From IMG/VR virus record IMGVR_UViG_3300031616_000002: DNA of 42,381 nucleotides; one strand, written 5' to 3'. The stretch is from a virus. Below are positions 18,601 through 28,078 of the stretch, piece after piece. The notes beneath the pieces are model-generated. The model was not told the origin of the DNA. It worked only from the letters and a program-made list of their open reading frames with translations, and searched no databases. Positions within the stretch are counted from its first letter, which is position 1; each line of letters starts with the position of its first letter. The translations under genes and the position numbers were made by a program.

Positions 18601-21600
18601 CGCAGCGGCGGGCGCGGGTGCCTTTACGCTGTCGGCTGCGAGCCTTGGCTTGGGCGCTATCGTGCTCGGTGCCGCCGCGATTTATTTTGGCAACAAGATC
18701 CATGATGCTGCGAACAAGGCAGCTGGCGTGGTTCTCGACAGTAGTGACCGACTCGTTGCTGCTGCGACCGTGGGCGATATTCCCGTCAGTAAGGCTTATC
18801 AGAATCTCGCGAACAATCTGTCCAATGCACTGGTTGTGCCGGTCAACTCTGCGACCACCAACCTCACGCAGCTGGGCAATGATGTCAAGACAGCTAACAT
18901 AGCGCTCGGGAAGGGAACCGGGAGCTATAGCAGTTCAAGCAAAACCTACGTAGATGCAGTAGCGCAGAGTGCTACCGACCTCAAGGCCGTCATGTTCATG
19001 GGCAAGACGGAGCTGGGGCAGGAAGCCGGGCTCTTTGTCAGCAGCTGGGGCGGTGACGTCGCGGCAATGGCGAATGCCTTGAAGAAGTCGGGCAAGACCC
19101 TTAATGACAATATTGCTCTTGCGTTGAGTCAGGCCTTCACTGGGCTGAGCGGTGACACCAAGAGCATGACGACGCAGGTCATGGTCAACACGAAGGCCGA
19201 TTATCTGGCTCTTCAGACCGCAATTCAGCAGTATGAGACGGACAAAAAGAACCACAATATCGCTAATATCGCGCAGGACACCCAGTCTGTCATGCTGGCG
19301 CAGCAGCAGTATCTCAAGGATGCTAATGCTGGCGTCATCTCGACATCGGGAAAGCAGATCAAGCAGCTCGGCGCCGACCTGTCGGCCTTTATGCATGACT
19401 CCGCTATCGACCCCCTGAGCAAGGCGACCCAGCGGGACATTGCTGCGCTGGGGAAGGATGTCACGGGGGCCTTTGATTCCGAGGCGGCAAAGTGGGGTGC
19501 CGTCTTCGCCGCCGCTATCGCTTCGGGGTTCAGCGCTGCCATAGCTGCCGTACAGGTCGGCAATCAGCAATTGATTGCCGGTTCGGTAGCGGCCCAGAAC
19601 GCATGGTCGTCGACAAGCCTGAGCCACACCTTCGGTACGGCCGCACAGGTGCACCCGGCATCCGGTGGCTTCATCACCGGCCCCGGCACCGGCACCTCGG
19701 ACTCCATCCCCGCCATGGTCTCCAACGGCGAGTTCGTGGTGAACGCGCGAGCCACTGCAGCGAACCTGTCGACGCTCTACCGTATGAACCGCATGGCCGG
19801 AGGAGGCCTTGTCGGCGGTACGGTCACCCCGGATATGGCGGCGGCGATTGTCATCACCGACGCGGCCGACCAGGGGAAAATCCTTCAGGCCGCCGTAGGT
19901 GACGAGACGAACACCACAAGGCAGCGCATCGCGGACAGCGTCGTTCAGCACAAGCTGCTGAGCGGTGCCTTCATCGTCGGCTTCCAGAATGCCACCGCCA
20001 GCAACATGGCGGTCCAGAAGCAGAAGCTCCTCGACCTCCAGGGCGACTACAAGACGAACTTCAATACAAAGGTCGCCAACGACCAGGTCGTTCAGCGCAT
20101 CGGCACCATGAGTCTGCAGAACGACTACAGGGCCAACTTCAATAACAAGATTGCCAACGACCAGACCGTTCAGCGCACCGGCGTATCCAACCTCCAGAAC
20201 GACTTCAGGACCAACTTCAACACCAAGGTCTTCAACGACCAGACCGTTCAGCGCACTGGCATTGCCAGCATCCAGTCCAACTTCGCAACGAACTTCAACG
20301 CGATGGGCGTGGCGGCTACCGGCAATGTACGGACGAACATCGCCGCGATCGGTGCGGCTGCTTCGTCCGCTGCCGCAGGCGCGCTGACCAGCGCCCAGAA
20401 TGCCATCACCTCGTCGGCGAAGAGCCTCGGCGGCTCCTTCACCTTCAAGGCCGCCGGTGGTCTGATGCAGGGCCCCGGCACCGGCACCTCGGACTCCATC
20501 CCGACCATGCTGTCCAACGGCGAGTTCGTGGTGAATGCGGCAGCGACCGCAAAGATGCTGCCGCTCCTGCACAAGATCAACAAGATGGCCACCGGCGGTC
20601 TCGTGTCCAGCGCCGATGTGGGCGCCGGATATGATATCGGTGCTGGCGGCGTCTTCGACAGGATGAGCGACCAGGGCATATCCGTCATCCAGATTGCGGC
20701 CATCAACAAGATCGTCGCGGATATCAAGGCCAACACGATGGCGCTCTCCGGGTCGGGCCTCGGAACCATGGACCCCGGCGCCATCCTCAAGTACGCCGCT
20801 CAAATCGGGACCGGACACCCCTACATCTGGGGCGGTACCGGGCCCGTCGGCTATGACTGCTCCGGCCTCACCCAGGCAGCCTACGGCCACTTCGGCATCA
20901 ACATCCCCAGGACGTCGCAGGCACAGTACGCGGCATCCACCAAGGAGACCAAGGCCCAGGCCCTCCCTGGTGACCTGGTCTTCGAGTACTTCCCGGACCC
21001 GAAGGACCCGACCAGCCCCAACCACGTCGGTATCTTCGCCGGGCCGAACTCCATGTTCGATGCCGTATCACCCTCGTCCGGCATCCACTACTCGCCGCTC
21101 CAGAACGTCGTCGGTTTCGGGCGCTTCACTCGCGCGGCAAACCTCATCGGTGGCAATACGCCGGTGGGCAACCAGGGCGCACTGAGCGGCTCGGCGGCAC
21201 AGGCGCAGGCCTATGCTCGCTCGCAGCTGGGAAGGTATGGCTGGGGCGCCAATGAGATGAGCCCGCTGATTAGCCTCTGGAATCAGGAGTCGGGCTGGAA
21301 CGATAATGCGGTGAATCCCAGCTCGGGAGCTTATGGCATTCCCCAGTCGCTCGGACATGGTCACCCGTACAATCTCGGCGACTATGTGGCCCAGGTTAAC
21401 TGGGGTATGAACTACATCAAGAATTCGTATGGCGATCCTGCCGCCGCATGGGCGCATGAGGTAGCGAACAACTGGTATGACCAGGGCGGTATGTGGCCGA
21501 GTGGTACGGCCGGGTTCAATAACTCGGGCCATGCCGAGGGCGTTTTGACTGGAGCCGCAGTTCAGCGCGTGGGCGGAGCCGCAGGCGTAGCCGCACTCAA

Positions 21601-21757
21601 CGCTGGGACTGGCGGAGGTCGTCAAGTCGCCGTGATCGAGGCGAACTTGATTCTGGATGGCGAGCACATAGACAGTCGTGCGTTTGCCATCGTCGAGGAG
21701 AATAACAATTGGCTGGTTCGCATGCTTGAGTCCGGTTCGGGATCGGGAGGTGGCTGA
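15692..21757 (+). CDS. Tape measure protein with C-terminal NlpC/P60 peptidase and lytic transglycosylase-like domains
   Basis: 2021 aa, Ala-rich; VGSAHVTVAPDTSGF N-terminus; PYIWGGTGPVGYDCSGL...IPRTSQAQY...PGDLVF...HVGIF; LWNQESGWN..AVNPSSGAYGIPQ...YIKNSYG. Confidence 0.95.
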   Translation: MAEGVNVGSAHVTVAPDTSGFSRELDVKLEQIKAGLSVEVTPEMKAFAQTLRAKLDAVRESIAIKAELDENNIRLKMRSLAAAAGQDVKFKVTVEESTARAAELRVRSMLDQAYKDNENYNNRVTRAAEQAGRDEIAARNTVVGTRRMLNDAYNEHRLFNERVVADSRRAGFDAGRSFFDNFRANVNGNQGGNLASLFSGALPGGRRAVDPTFLGAVGAAGGTPLVAGALFPFVGALTAATPALLGLAAAAPALSSAFSGITTAASAMTKQQDIFNQAADLSRIAFGTQTTAAQQLQAQLTKTTGSQTSVANSTLAHQSALNSLSAAEARLAQVQASGGPTSTQLASAQTSVANAQDRVAATVNRVTAAQDRLTAVEARAHPTASALASAQASLANAQLAHQSAVNSLTLAQERLTAVQAKGGPTSAALASAQAAVANAQNRVQATANSASAAQAKLGTTGLQLNTAQQDIINSLSVQDTSWATLTEAQRVAAIQLRENNSAYKDLSQSQKTALNALLAEKAAWDALSPSQQQALAGYQNLTKAYNALKDGTTPGALMAIASAERAATAALEPLVPLANAATGAVTQLFDIVANNFGGGFYKQFIADMTGAAPGAILGFGKALGGLAGGFGGLLDTLIKSGVGDQFLKFLDGMTSNFANWSTSDAGRASVMKFVATIERDWPTVVNTIKDFGRVISDLWRAFAADPVVFQAVELLLRFISWAGGTPIGQAIIQLAAFGVVLERVAAALRITAVAQALLTAANINVFGFGATVAAPSAASTAARAAAFYTIPAAVTAAEATVVAEATSMATSTTVAATEAANIPLGTARLAAWVDEAAIPAATIPTVVRQMAAEAALAAGETASMQTFIAEAAATAGLIPADVASIAAFISEASGEAAAIPAATATLAAWVEEAAAEGAAIPTATAALVGSIEAAGLEARVVAGAGSVAAVGGAVAGAGGAAAAGGGAVAGAAAGAGAFTLSAASLGLGAIVLGAAAIYFGNKIHDAANKAAGVVLDSSDRLVAAATVGDIPVSKAYQNLANNLSNALVVPVNSATTNLTQLGNDVKTANIALGKGTGSYSSSSKTYVDAVAQSATDLKAVMFMGKTELGQEAGLFVSSWGGDVAAMANALKKSGKTLNDNIALALSQAFTGLSGDTKSMTTQVMVNTKADYLALQTAIQQYETDKKNHNIANIAQDTQSVMLAQQQYLKDANAGVISTSGKQIKQLGADLSAFMHDSAIDPLSKATQRDIAALGKDVTGAFDSEAAKWGAVFAAAIASGFSAAIAAVQVGNQQLIAGSVAAQNAWSSTSLSHTFGTAAQVHPASGGFITGPGTGTSDSIPAMVSNGEFVVNARATAANLSTLYRMNRMAGGGLVGGTVTPDMAAAIVITDAADQGKILQAAVGDETNTTRQRIADSVVQHKLLSGAFIVGFQNATASNMAVQKQKLLDLQGDYKTNFNTKVANDQVVQRIGTMSLQNDYRANFNNKIANDQTVQRTGVSNLQNDFRTNFNTKVFNDQTVQRTGIASIQSNFATNFNAMGVAATGNVRTNIAAIGAAASSAAAGALTSAQNAITSSAKSLGGSFTFKAAGGLMQGPGTGTSDSIPTMLSNGEFVVNAAATAKMLPLLHKINKMATGGLVSSADVGAGYDIGAGGVFDRMSDQGISVIQIAAINKIVADIKANTMALSGSGLGTMDPGAILKYAAQIGTGHPYIWGGTGPVGYDCSGLTQAAYGHFGINIPRTSQAQYAASTKETKAQALPGDLVFEYFPDPKDPTSPNHVGIFAGPNSMFDAVSPSSGIHYSPLQNVVGFGRFTRAANLIGGNTPVGNQGALSGSAAQAQAYARSQLGRYGWGANEMSPLISLWNQESGWNDNAVNPSSGAYGIPQSLGHGHPYNLGDYVAQVNWGMNYIKNSYGDPAAAWAHEVANNWYDQGGMWPSGTAGFNNSGHAEGVLTGAAVQRVGGAAGVAALNAGTGGGRQVAVIEANLILDGEHIDSRAFAIVEENNNWLVRMLESGSGSGGG

Positions 21758-21760
21758 CAT

Positions 21761-22582
21761 ATGGCACTCTCGTTCACCCTGACTCCGAATACAGCCAATG
21801 CCTACATGTCGGTTACCGTGTCGGGTCTCCTGGCCACTGAAGATACCCTCTTGGTGACCAGGAACAACCCGGACGGATCTATCGGCGTGTGTCGCAATGC
21901 CAATAGCATCTCGACCGGCGGTGTGACGACATTCAACTTCTTCGATTATGAAGCACCGCTCAACTCGGCTGTCACCTATAACGCGACGAGCACAAAGCAC
22001 AATATCGATGGGTCGCTGACGCAGCAGAATGCGACATCGGGTCCGGGAACGATCGTCTTCACCGACCAGGCGATCTGGTTGAAGTCGCTGTCGCAGCCCA
22101 GCCTCTCCATGGAGGTAGAGATTGCCTCTATGGAGCCTGTCGCCCGCAACGCTCGCGTGCAGATCAACCCCATCATCGGTGCGAAGTTCCCGGTGGTCCT
22201 GTCGGACGTCCAGGGCGCCCGCACCGGTGCCATGGTATTGAGGACATACGACCTTCCCTCCCGTCTGGCCATGATCACGCTGCTCGACCTGGGGCAGCCC
22301 ATCTTCATGCAGTGCGACTCTGCGGCTATCGGCGGTGATGGCTTCGAGGACATGTACTTCCAGATCGGTAACTTCACCGAAGGGCGACCGCAGGTGCGCA
22401 GCACCGACACGGTGCGCGAGTGGAACATCATATTCACCGAGGTTGACTCGCCGTCGGGCACTCTCACGTCGCTGGCTGGAAACTCATGGCTTCTGGTCTC
22501 TACGGCATTCGCGAGTTGGAATGATCTGCTGACCCATCGGACCACCTGGTTGGACGTCCTGAACCGTCCGGCCGGTTCCTAA
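21761..22582 (+). CDS. Minor tail protein (distal tail-like)
   Basis: First gene after tape measure; FFDYEAPLN, IWLKS...P.L, SWNDL motifs. Confidence 0.75.
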   Translation: MALSFTLTPNTANAYMSVTVSGLLATEDTLLVTRNNPDGSIGVCRNANSISTGGVTTFNFFDYEAPLNSAVTYNATSTKHNIDGSLTQQNATSGPGTIVFTDQAIWLKSLSQPSLSMEVEIASMEPVARNARVQINPIIGAKFPVVLSDVQGARTGAMVLRTYDLPSRLAMITLLDLGQPIFMQCDSAAIGGDGFEDMYFQIGNFTEGRPQVRSTDTVREWNIIFTEVDSPSGTLTSLAGNSWLLVSTAFASWNDLLTHRTTWLDVLNRPAGS

Positions 22583-22647
22583 TGCATTGCCCATAAGAGC
22601 ACGACTTCACCTGCGGATGAATATGACCTGATCCTGGAGCGAGCATT

Positions 22648-24744
22648 ATGGGCATTGCTTTTTCTAGAAGTATCTGTGGCGACATTATCAATACCAATAC
22701 GGGCACCGTCTCCATGTTTGCCCTCAGTCGGGCATCGGTCGCTGGTACTGTTATCGCGGTTTTTTGCACAAATGAGGCCACCGCTGGTACCACAGTTGTC
22801 TTCACAGATACCAAAGGCAATACCTGGACGGTCGACAATGGTCCGATTCAGCCAAATAATGACTTCATCGTCATGGCCTCCACTCGGCAGAATGCAGGTC
22901 TGCTGGGGACTTCGGACCACATCATTGTAACGCTGAACAATTCACGCAGCGGTGGATCGCTGTTGATCGCTGGTGTTTTCACCGGCGTTCTGTCGGCGAG
23001 CTATCTTGACGGAACGGCGAACAACAGCAACTCCAGCACAACGGGCCCTATCAACAGCGGGACGGTGACGCCAACTCAGGATGGCGATCTCATCGTGAAT
23101 TCGGTCTGCTTCAAAGATGCCGGAAATACGATCTCCTGGGCCGACAACCAAACGGGTACCGTTGGGACATACACAGCTGAGGACTTCAATAACACCACCG
23201 GTGTCGTCACCCATATAGTCATCCAGGAATACCAGGTTCTTGCAGCCGGAAACGGCGTGGCTGAGCGCCAGTACTTCACGCTGACGAGTCCGACATCATT
23301 CGCCGGACTGACGACAGCCTATAAAGCTGCCCCGAGCATGAGCCCATCCATCAGCGATGATGCCGGTTCGAGCGACAGCATCGCCGTGGAGCAGGACAAG
23401 GTTCTCAGCGATGATGCCGGTTCGACCGACAGCATGACTGCGACAAAGGGGCTCTTCACCGACAGCGCCGGTTCGACCGACAGCATCGCCGTGGAGCAGG
23501 ACAAGAGCATCACCGATAGCGCCGGTTCGACCGATAGCATCAAGGTGGAGCAGGACAAGAGCATCACCGATAGCGCCGGTTCGACCGACACGATGGTCGG
23601 CGGAGGTACGGTTCTGACACCGAGCTTCAGTGACAATGCCGGTTCGGCCGATAGCATCGTCTTGACGAAGAATCCTGGCTTGACCGATGGCGCCGGGTCC
23701 GTGGACAGTTTCACGGTAGAGCGGGATATCACCATTACCAGCTCCACGCTGCTTCCGATTGTCCAGGTCGGGTCGAACTTCAGGGGCAACTCGCCTGAGG
23801 CGTCGGGTGTATCGGCTACTATCACTATCGCTGCGAGTTCCACCGTCGGCAATACCCTGATCTTGACGGCAGCAACGAGGCATGTGACCTTCGGGACTAC
23901 CGCTATGGTTACGGATACACGGAACAACACATGGACGATCGACAACGGTCCGGCGCAGACGAGTAACGATCATATATTTATGGCATCGACGCGCCAAGAT
24001 GGCGGTGCGCTCATTGCTGGAATCGATATGCTGACGATCACATACAGCAATGAGCGCAGCGCCGGTTTGGCGATTGATATCCGTGAGTTCTCCGGCGTAT
24101 TTAGCACAAATGCTAACTACACTGATGGCATCAACAATTTCGGTATCGACGCCATCGACGCCATCGCTGGACCAACGCGTTGCGGTATTGTCACACCATC
24201 CATTGATGGCGATCTGATCATAGCCGCTCTCGTGGCTGACGATAGCGGTCCGACCGTTGCGGCAGGTACTGGAAATACCGTGGGTACCTACCTTGATATC
24301 GCTGGGTTGGTTACCGACACCGGAGTAAGGCAGAAGCAATTCGTCTCGGCCTACCAGGTGCTGTCCGGTGGCACCGGGGTGTCGCAGGAGTTTGATGTCA
24401 CATTCTCCGCTCCACTCGGATATCAGGGTATTCTGACGGCGTACTGCGCTAGCAGCCTTGTTGTAACGTGGGATAACGCCGGATCATCCGATACGATGAT
24501 CGCCGAGCGCGATATCACGTTTTCCGATGACTCCGGCTCTTCGGACTCTTCGCTGGTCACGCTCTTGTCGCACATCCCGCCAGACCCGATGGATCCGGCC
24601 GGTTCGGTCGACTCGCTCGCAGTCCAGCGATACATCGTATTCGCTGACGACTCCGGCTCCTCGGACTCCATCGCTATCGAGGATGATGTCGTGTTCGCCG
24701 ATGACTCCGGCTCCACGGACAGTCATGTAGAGGTGTATCCGTGA
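22648..24744 (+). CDS. Minor tail or receptor-binding-like protein with duplicated domain and 18-aa repeats
   Basis: Two homologous ~220-aa beta-rich domains separated and followed by (I/F)TDSAGSTDSI.VEQD repeats. Confidence 0.75.
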   Translation: MGIAFSRSICGDIINTNTGTVSMFALSRASVAGTVIAVFCTNEATAGTTVVFTDTKGNTWTVDNGPIQPNNDFIVMASTRQNAGLLGTSDHIIVTLNNSRSGGSLLIAGVFTGVLSASYLDGTANNSNSSTTGPINSGTVTPTQDGDLIVNSVCFKDAGNTISWADNQTGTVGTYTAEDFNNTTGVVTHIVIQEYQVLAAGNGVAERQYFTLTSPTSFAGLTTAYKAAPSMSPSISDDAGSSDSIAVEQDKVLSDDAGSTDSMTATKGLFTDSAGSTDSIAVEQDKSITDSAGSTDSIKVEQDKSITDSAGSTDTMVGGGTVLTPSFSDNAGSADSIVLTKNPGLTDGAGSVDSFTVERDITITSSTLLPIVQVGSNFRGNSPEASGVSATITIAASSTVGNTLILTAATRHVTFGTTAMVTDTRNNTWTIDNGPAQTSNDHIFMASTRQDGGALIAGIDMLTITYSNERSAGLAIDIREFSGVFSTNANYTDGINNFGIDAIDAIAGPTRCGIVTPSIDGDLIIAALVADDSGPTVAAGTGNTVGTYLDIAGLVTDTGVRQKQFVSAYQVLSGGTGVSQEFDVTFSAPLGYQGILTAYCASSLVVTWDNAGSSDTMIAERDITFSDDSGSSDSSLVTLLSHIPPDPMDPAGSVDSLAVQRYIVFADDSGSSDSIAIEDDVVFADDSGSTDSHVEVYP

Positions 24745-24771
24745 GCATCAAGACATCGAAGGTAGTTTGAG

Positions 24772-26529
24772 ATGACAGCCATCCCCCCGCAGATCAGCAG
24801 CTACCTGAACAGCGGCCTGCTGAGCGCCTCGTACGCGACGGCGGTTCGTGAGTCGCACAAGATCACGGCGCGGGCGGATGTCTGGTATGGCGGCCATTAC
24901 GTCCAGTCGCTGCCGATCGTCTCGGGCACCATCCAGGTGGACAGGACGGCGCAGAACTGCCGCTCAGGCACCTGCACCATTGGTGATCCGAGCTTCTTTC
25001 CCACCTATATCACCTCCCCTATTTCGCCCTTTGGTACGGAGCTACGCATTTTCTCCGGACTGGTTTACGGGAGCGGCAGCACCGAGTGGGTGCCGGTCGG
25101 GGTCTTCACGATCGAGGATGTCAGCGCCGAGGACTCCACCGGTGGCCTGCCCGTTATCGATTTCTTCGACCGTTCCAAGATCATCCAGAGGGCGCAGTTC
25201 TTCTACCCGCACGACCGCTCCGGCTGGGATGTCAAGTATCTGACGACCCGTCTGATCAACGATGTCTGTCCGCAGGCGAAAGTGATTTTCGACCCGTCGA
25301 TCACCTACACCAAGAACCTTCCCGGCGGGACGATCTTCACCGAGGATCGCTGGGCCGCCGTCCAGAGCTGCTGCGCACTCCTCGGCGCCGAGGGCCGCTT
25401 CGGGTGGGATGGCAACTTCTATGTGCTCCCCATCCCGAGCCTGCTCGGATCGGTCGGCCCTGACCCCACCAACGTGGCTGCTGGCGCACCGGTGACGGCA
25501 TCGTCCGTCTTTAACTCCAGCTTCCCCGCAGCGGCGGCCGTGGACGGCTCCTTCAGCACCCGCTGGTCCAGCATCGCGTACGTGGATCCGCAATGGATCT
25601 ATGTCGATCTCGGATCCCCCCAGGCGCTGGCGCAGGTGGTCCTCGCCTGGGACTACAAGGCATACGCCTCGAACTACCTGATCCAGATATCCAACGACCT
25701 GGTGACGTGGACGACCATCTACACCAACGGGACCGGCAAGGGTGGGTACGAGACCATCAACGTCACCGGCACCGGGCGCTACGTTCGCATGTTCGGCCAG
25801 CAGAGAGCCAACCCCAGCTGGCGCGGGTACTCCCTCGTCGAGTTCAAGATCTATCTGACCGGCGGTGTCCCCAGCCAACCACCGGCGGTGTGGAACTTCA
25901 ATTCCGGCCCCGGCGGCGTCCTGGTGTCGGCCAAGCGCGGGGTGGCACGCACCGGCGTAGCAAACTTCATCTCCGTCACCGGGAAGTCCAATGGGCTGAA
26001 TCAGACGCCGGTCGGCTATGCCTGGGATTCAGACAGCCGCTCGCCTACCTTCTGGGGCTTGACGCAGAACTCGGGTGAGCTCCAGCCGAGCCTCTTCGGC
26101 TCCAATGTCATCAACCTGTCGAATGACCTGTTGACGACATCGGCTGAATGCACTTCCTATGCGGCATCCCAGCTCGGTCATTACCTCGGCATGGCGCGTT
26201 CCCTCGACTTCACTGCAGTTCCCAACCCGGCATTGGACGCCGGTGACGTAGTGACAGTGATCTACAAGAACGGGACCAGGGAGTTCCATATCATGGACTC
26301 CTTCCAGCTCCCGCTGGGGCTGGACATCATGGGCGACACGGCCGCGCCTGGGCGCTCGCCCCGGCGCCATCAGGTCAGTGCGACCGGCGGCATGAAGGTC
26401 GGACCCACCGATGCCGTGGCGAAAACGGCAAAGACCAAGGCGATCCCCGCTACGGCTGGAAACATAAACTCCGGGAACTTCGTCGGTAGGACGCGGACTC
26501 TGACTTACCAGACAGCCTCGGGGACCTGA
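24772..26529 (+). CDS. Minor tail (hub/Tal-like) protein with inserted F5/8 type C (CBM32/discoidin) domain
   Basis: EWVPVGVFTIED, DRWAAV, PNPALDAGDVV hub motifs; insert NVAAGAPVTASS...AVDG..STRWSS...QWIYVDLG...GRYVRM...YSLVEF at 25471-25854. Confidence 0.85.
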   Translation: MTAIPPQISSYLNSGLLSASYATAVRESHKITARADVWYGGHYVQSLPIVSGTIQVDRTAQNCRSGTCTIGDPSFFPTYITSPISPFGTELRIFSGLVYGSGSTEWVPVGVFTIEDVSAEDSTGGLPVIDFFDRSKIIQRAQFFYPHDRSGWDVKYLTTRLINDVCPQAKVIFDPSITYTKNLPGGTIFTEDRWAAVQSCCALLGAEGRFGWDGNFYVLPIPSLLGSVGPDPTNVAAGAPVTASSVFNSSFPAAAAVDGSFSTRWSSIAYVDPQWIYVDLGSPQALAQVVLAWDYKAYASNYLIQISNDLVTWTTIYTNGTGKGGYETINVTGTGRYVRMFGQQRANPSWRGYSLVEFKIYLTGGVPSQPPAVWNFNSGPGGVLVSAKRGVARTGVANFISVTGKSNGLNQTPVGYAWDSDSRSPTFWGLTQNSGELQPSLFGSNVINLSNDLLTTSAECTSYAASQLGHYLGMARSLDFTAVPNPALDAGDVVTVIYKNGTREFHIMDSFQLPLGLDIMGDTAAPGRSPRRHQVSATGGMKVGPTDAVAKTAKTKAIPATAGNINSGNFVGRTRTLTYQTASGT

Positions 26530-26530
26530 T

Positions 26531-26875
26531 ATGGCTTCTGACAGCGTACACATCTCGCGCCTCAGGGCAGTTCGCTCCATTACGCGCACCCAGCGAATGA
26601 GGCAGGACGTGCCCACGGCAGACTCAAACCGCATCGATTTCTGGATCGGTATTTTCAACGGATTTGAGACAGTCGACCCGCACCTCATGCGGGTCCTGCA
26701 CGGGTCGGGGACGGAGCTTCGCTACGTCCCGACGAACCAGCATGTCATCAACTCTGGCATCAGCTTTGTTGTCGGAACCACTCTCCTGAGGGTGCTCCAG
26801 CATGGGCAGGTGTGCTGGGTGGACTCCATCCCGAACGGTGATCCGACATTGGCACCACCCTATGTTGCACCGTAG
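26531..26875 (+). CDS. Hypothetical tail-associated protein
   Basis: Starts 1 nt after previous stop; typical position. Confidence 0.7.
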   Translation: MASDSVHISRLRAVRSITRTQRMRQDVPTADSNRIDFWIGIFNGFETVDPHLMRVLHGSGTELRYVPTNQHVINSGISFVVGTTLLRVLQHGQVCWVDSIPNGDPTLAPPYVAP

Positions 26876-26899
26876 CTGGATCGAGGAGGCGCTTAGCGC

Positions 26900-27343
26900 A
26901 TGAAGATGCCACCGGGGCTTATCCATATGATCGGGCGACGCGGCGCCTGCCTCCTGGCTCTGGGGGTGCTGGATGTCGTGATTGGATGGTCGGTCTGGCT
27001 TGCGCCGCAGAGCCCCCTGGTTCTGTTCAGGCACATTCCTTCATTCGTTCTCGGGATGTCGTGGATCGGCGCGGGCGCTCTGGCGCTTATCAGCATTAGA
27101 AGAAAGTATCAGGACTCCTGGGGCTTCATCGGCGCCTGGGCTGTCCCCTTTATCTGGGGCTGCTTGCTCCTTGCGGAACTCGCCGCTCCAGCCAATCTGC
27201 TCGGAATATGGACCGGGATTCGCGCGATTGTGACGTACTGGGGATATGCCGCACTGGTGATGGTGATTTCCGGATGGGCTGAGGGGCAGATTGTGGTAAT
27301 GACAGAAGGGCCGGACCATGTCGACCTGGATAACGGTAGTTAG
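26900..27343 (+). CDS. Membrane protein, ~4 TM (holin-like candidate)
   Basis: Four hydrophobic segments; GAGGAGG RBS. Confidence 0.7.
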   Translation: MKMPPGLIHMIGRRGACLLALGVLDVVIGWSVWLAPQSPLVLFRHIPSFVLGMSWIGAGALALISIRRKYQDSWGFIGAWAVPFIWGCLLLAELAAPANLLGIWTGIRAIVTYWGYAALVMVISGWAEGQIVVMTEGPDHVDLDNGS

Positions 27344-27743
27344 CAGCATTGGCGCGGGTAGCTTCGGATCTATCGTCGTATTCTTTGGAAGCCGATATGT
27401 TGCACGCAGTTCGAGGCGTGCAGCTGCAATAACTACTGCGGCTACCGCTCAGGTTGAGAACCGCAAGGTGGATCTAGATGAATTTCGCGAGTTCAAAGTG
27501 ACGTATCGCGAAGAGTTGGAATCCATGAAGAGTCGCCTCAAGCAGGCCGAGGCGCATAGCGACAAGGCATTGAAGCTGCTCCAGGAAGCCATCAACCATA
27601 TCGATATCCTGCGTGGTTCGATGGTTCAGGCGGGGCTGACGCCCGGACCATTGCCGTCGACATTGAGGGCTGTGCGCTGGGAGGCATTTGCGCGGCGCAC
27701 TTATAACGAGAACGGCACTCCCATGCAGGAGGCGAGCGAATAG
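27318..27743 (+). CDS. N-terminal TM plus coiled-coil protein (lysis-region type)
   Basis: Hydrophobic N-terminus followed by charged helical region. Confidence 0.7.
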   Translation: MSTWITVVSSIGAGSFGSIVVFFGSRYVARSSRRAAAITTAATAQVENRKVDLDEFREFKVTYREELESMKSRLKQAEAHSDKALKLLQEAINHIDILRGSMVQAGLTPGPLPSTLRAVRWEAFARRTYNENGTPMQEASE

Positions 27744-28078
27744 TGGCTAATCCGAGGATCCTCCCTACCTACGCGTCGGCCTCTGCTCGGGACGCCGATT
27801 ACACGGTGCCCTTCAATGGAGCCGTGGTTAGCCGGAGCGACCTGAAAACACTGGAGATCTACGACGGCGATGCCTTGGCATGGAAGGATCTGTCCTTCGA
27901 GGTAGAGTTCGGTCCAGTTATAGCCAATATAACCACATTGCAGTCCCAGGTAGCGACACTCCAGTCCCAGGTCGCATTGCTCCAGGAACTTGTTCGCAAT
28001 GCTCAGAATACGGCAGCAAATGCCATGGCAGCCCTCAACCAGCTGAATGGCATTGTCTCTGGCATGGCCAAGCCGTAA
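27743..28078 (+). CDS. Hypothetical protein with C-terminal coiled coil
   Basis: TAGTG coupling; heptads ITTLQSQVATLQSQVALLQ. Confidence 0.65.
   Translation: MANPRILPTYASASARDADYTVPFNGAVVSRSDLKTLEIYDGDALAWKDLSFEVEFGPVIANITTLQSQVATLQSQVALLQELVRNAQNTAANAMAALNQLNGIVSGMAKP

Noticed and set aside
16277-21025. Long antisense ORFs (808 aa, 696 aa) and similar ones opposite other genes
   Set aside because: Shadow frames expected from high-GC codon bias opposite real genes
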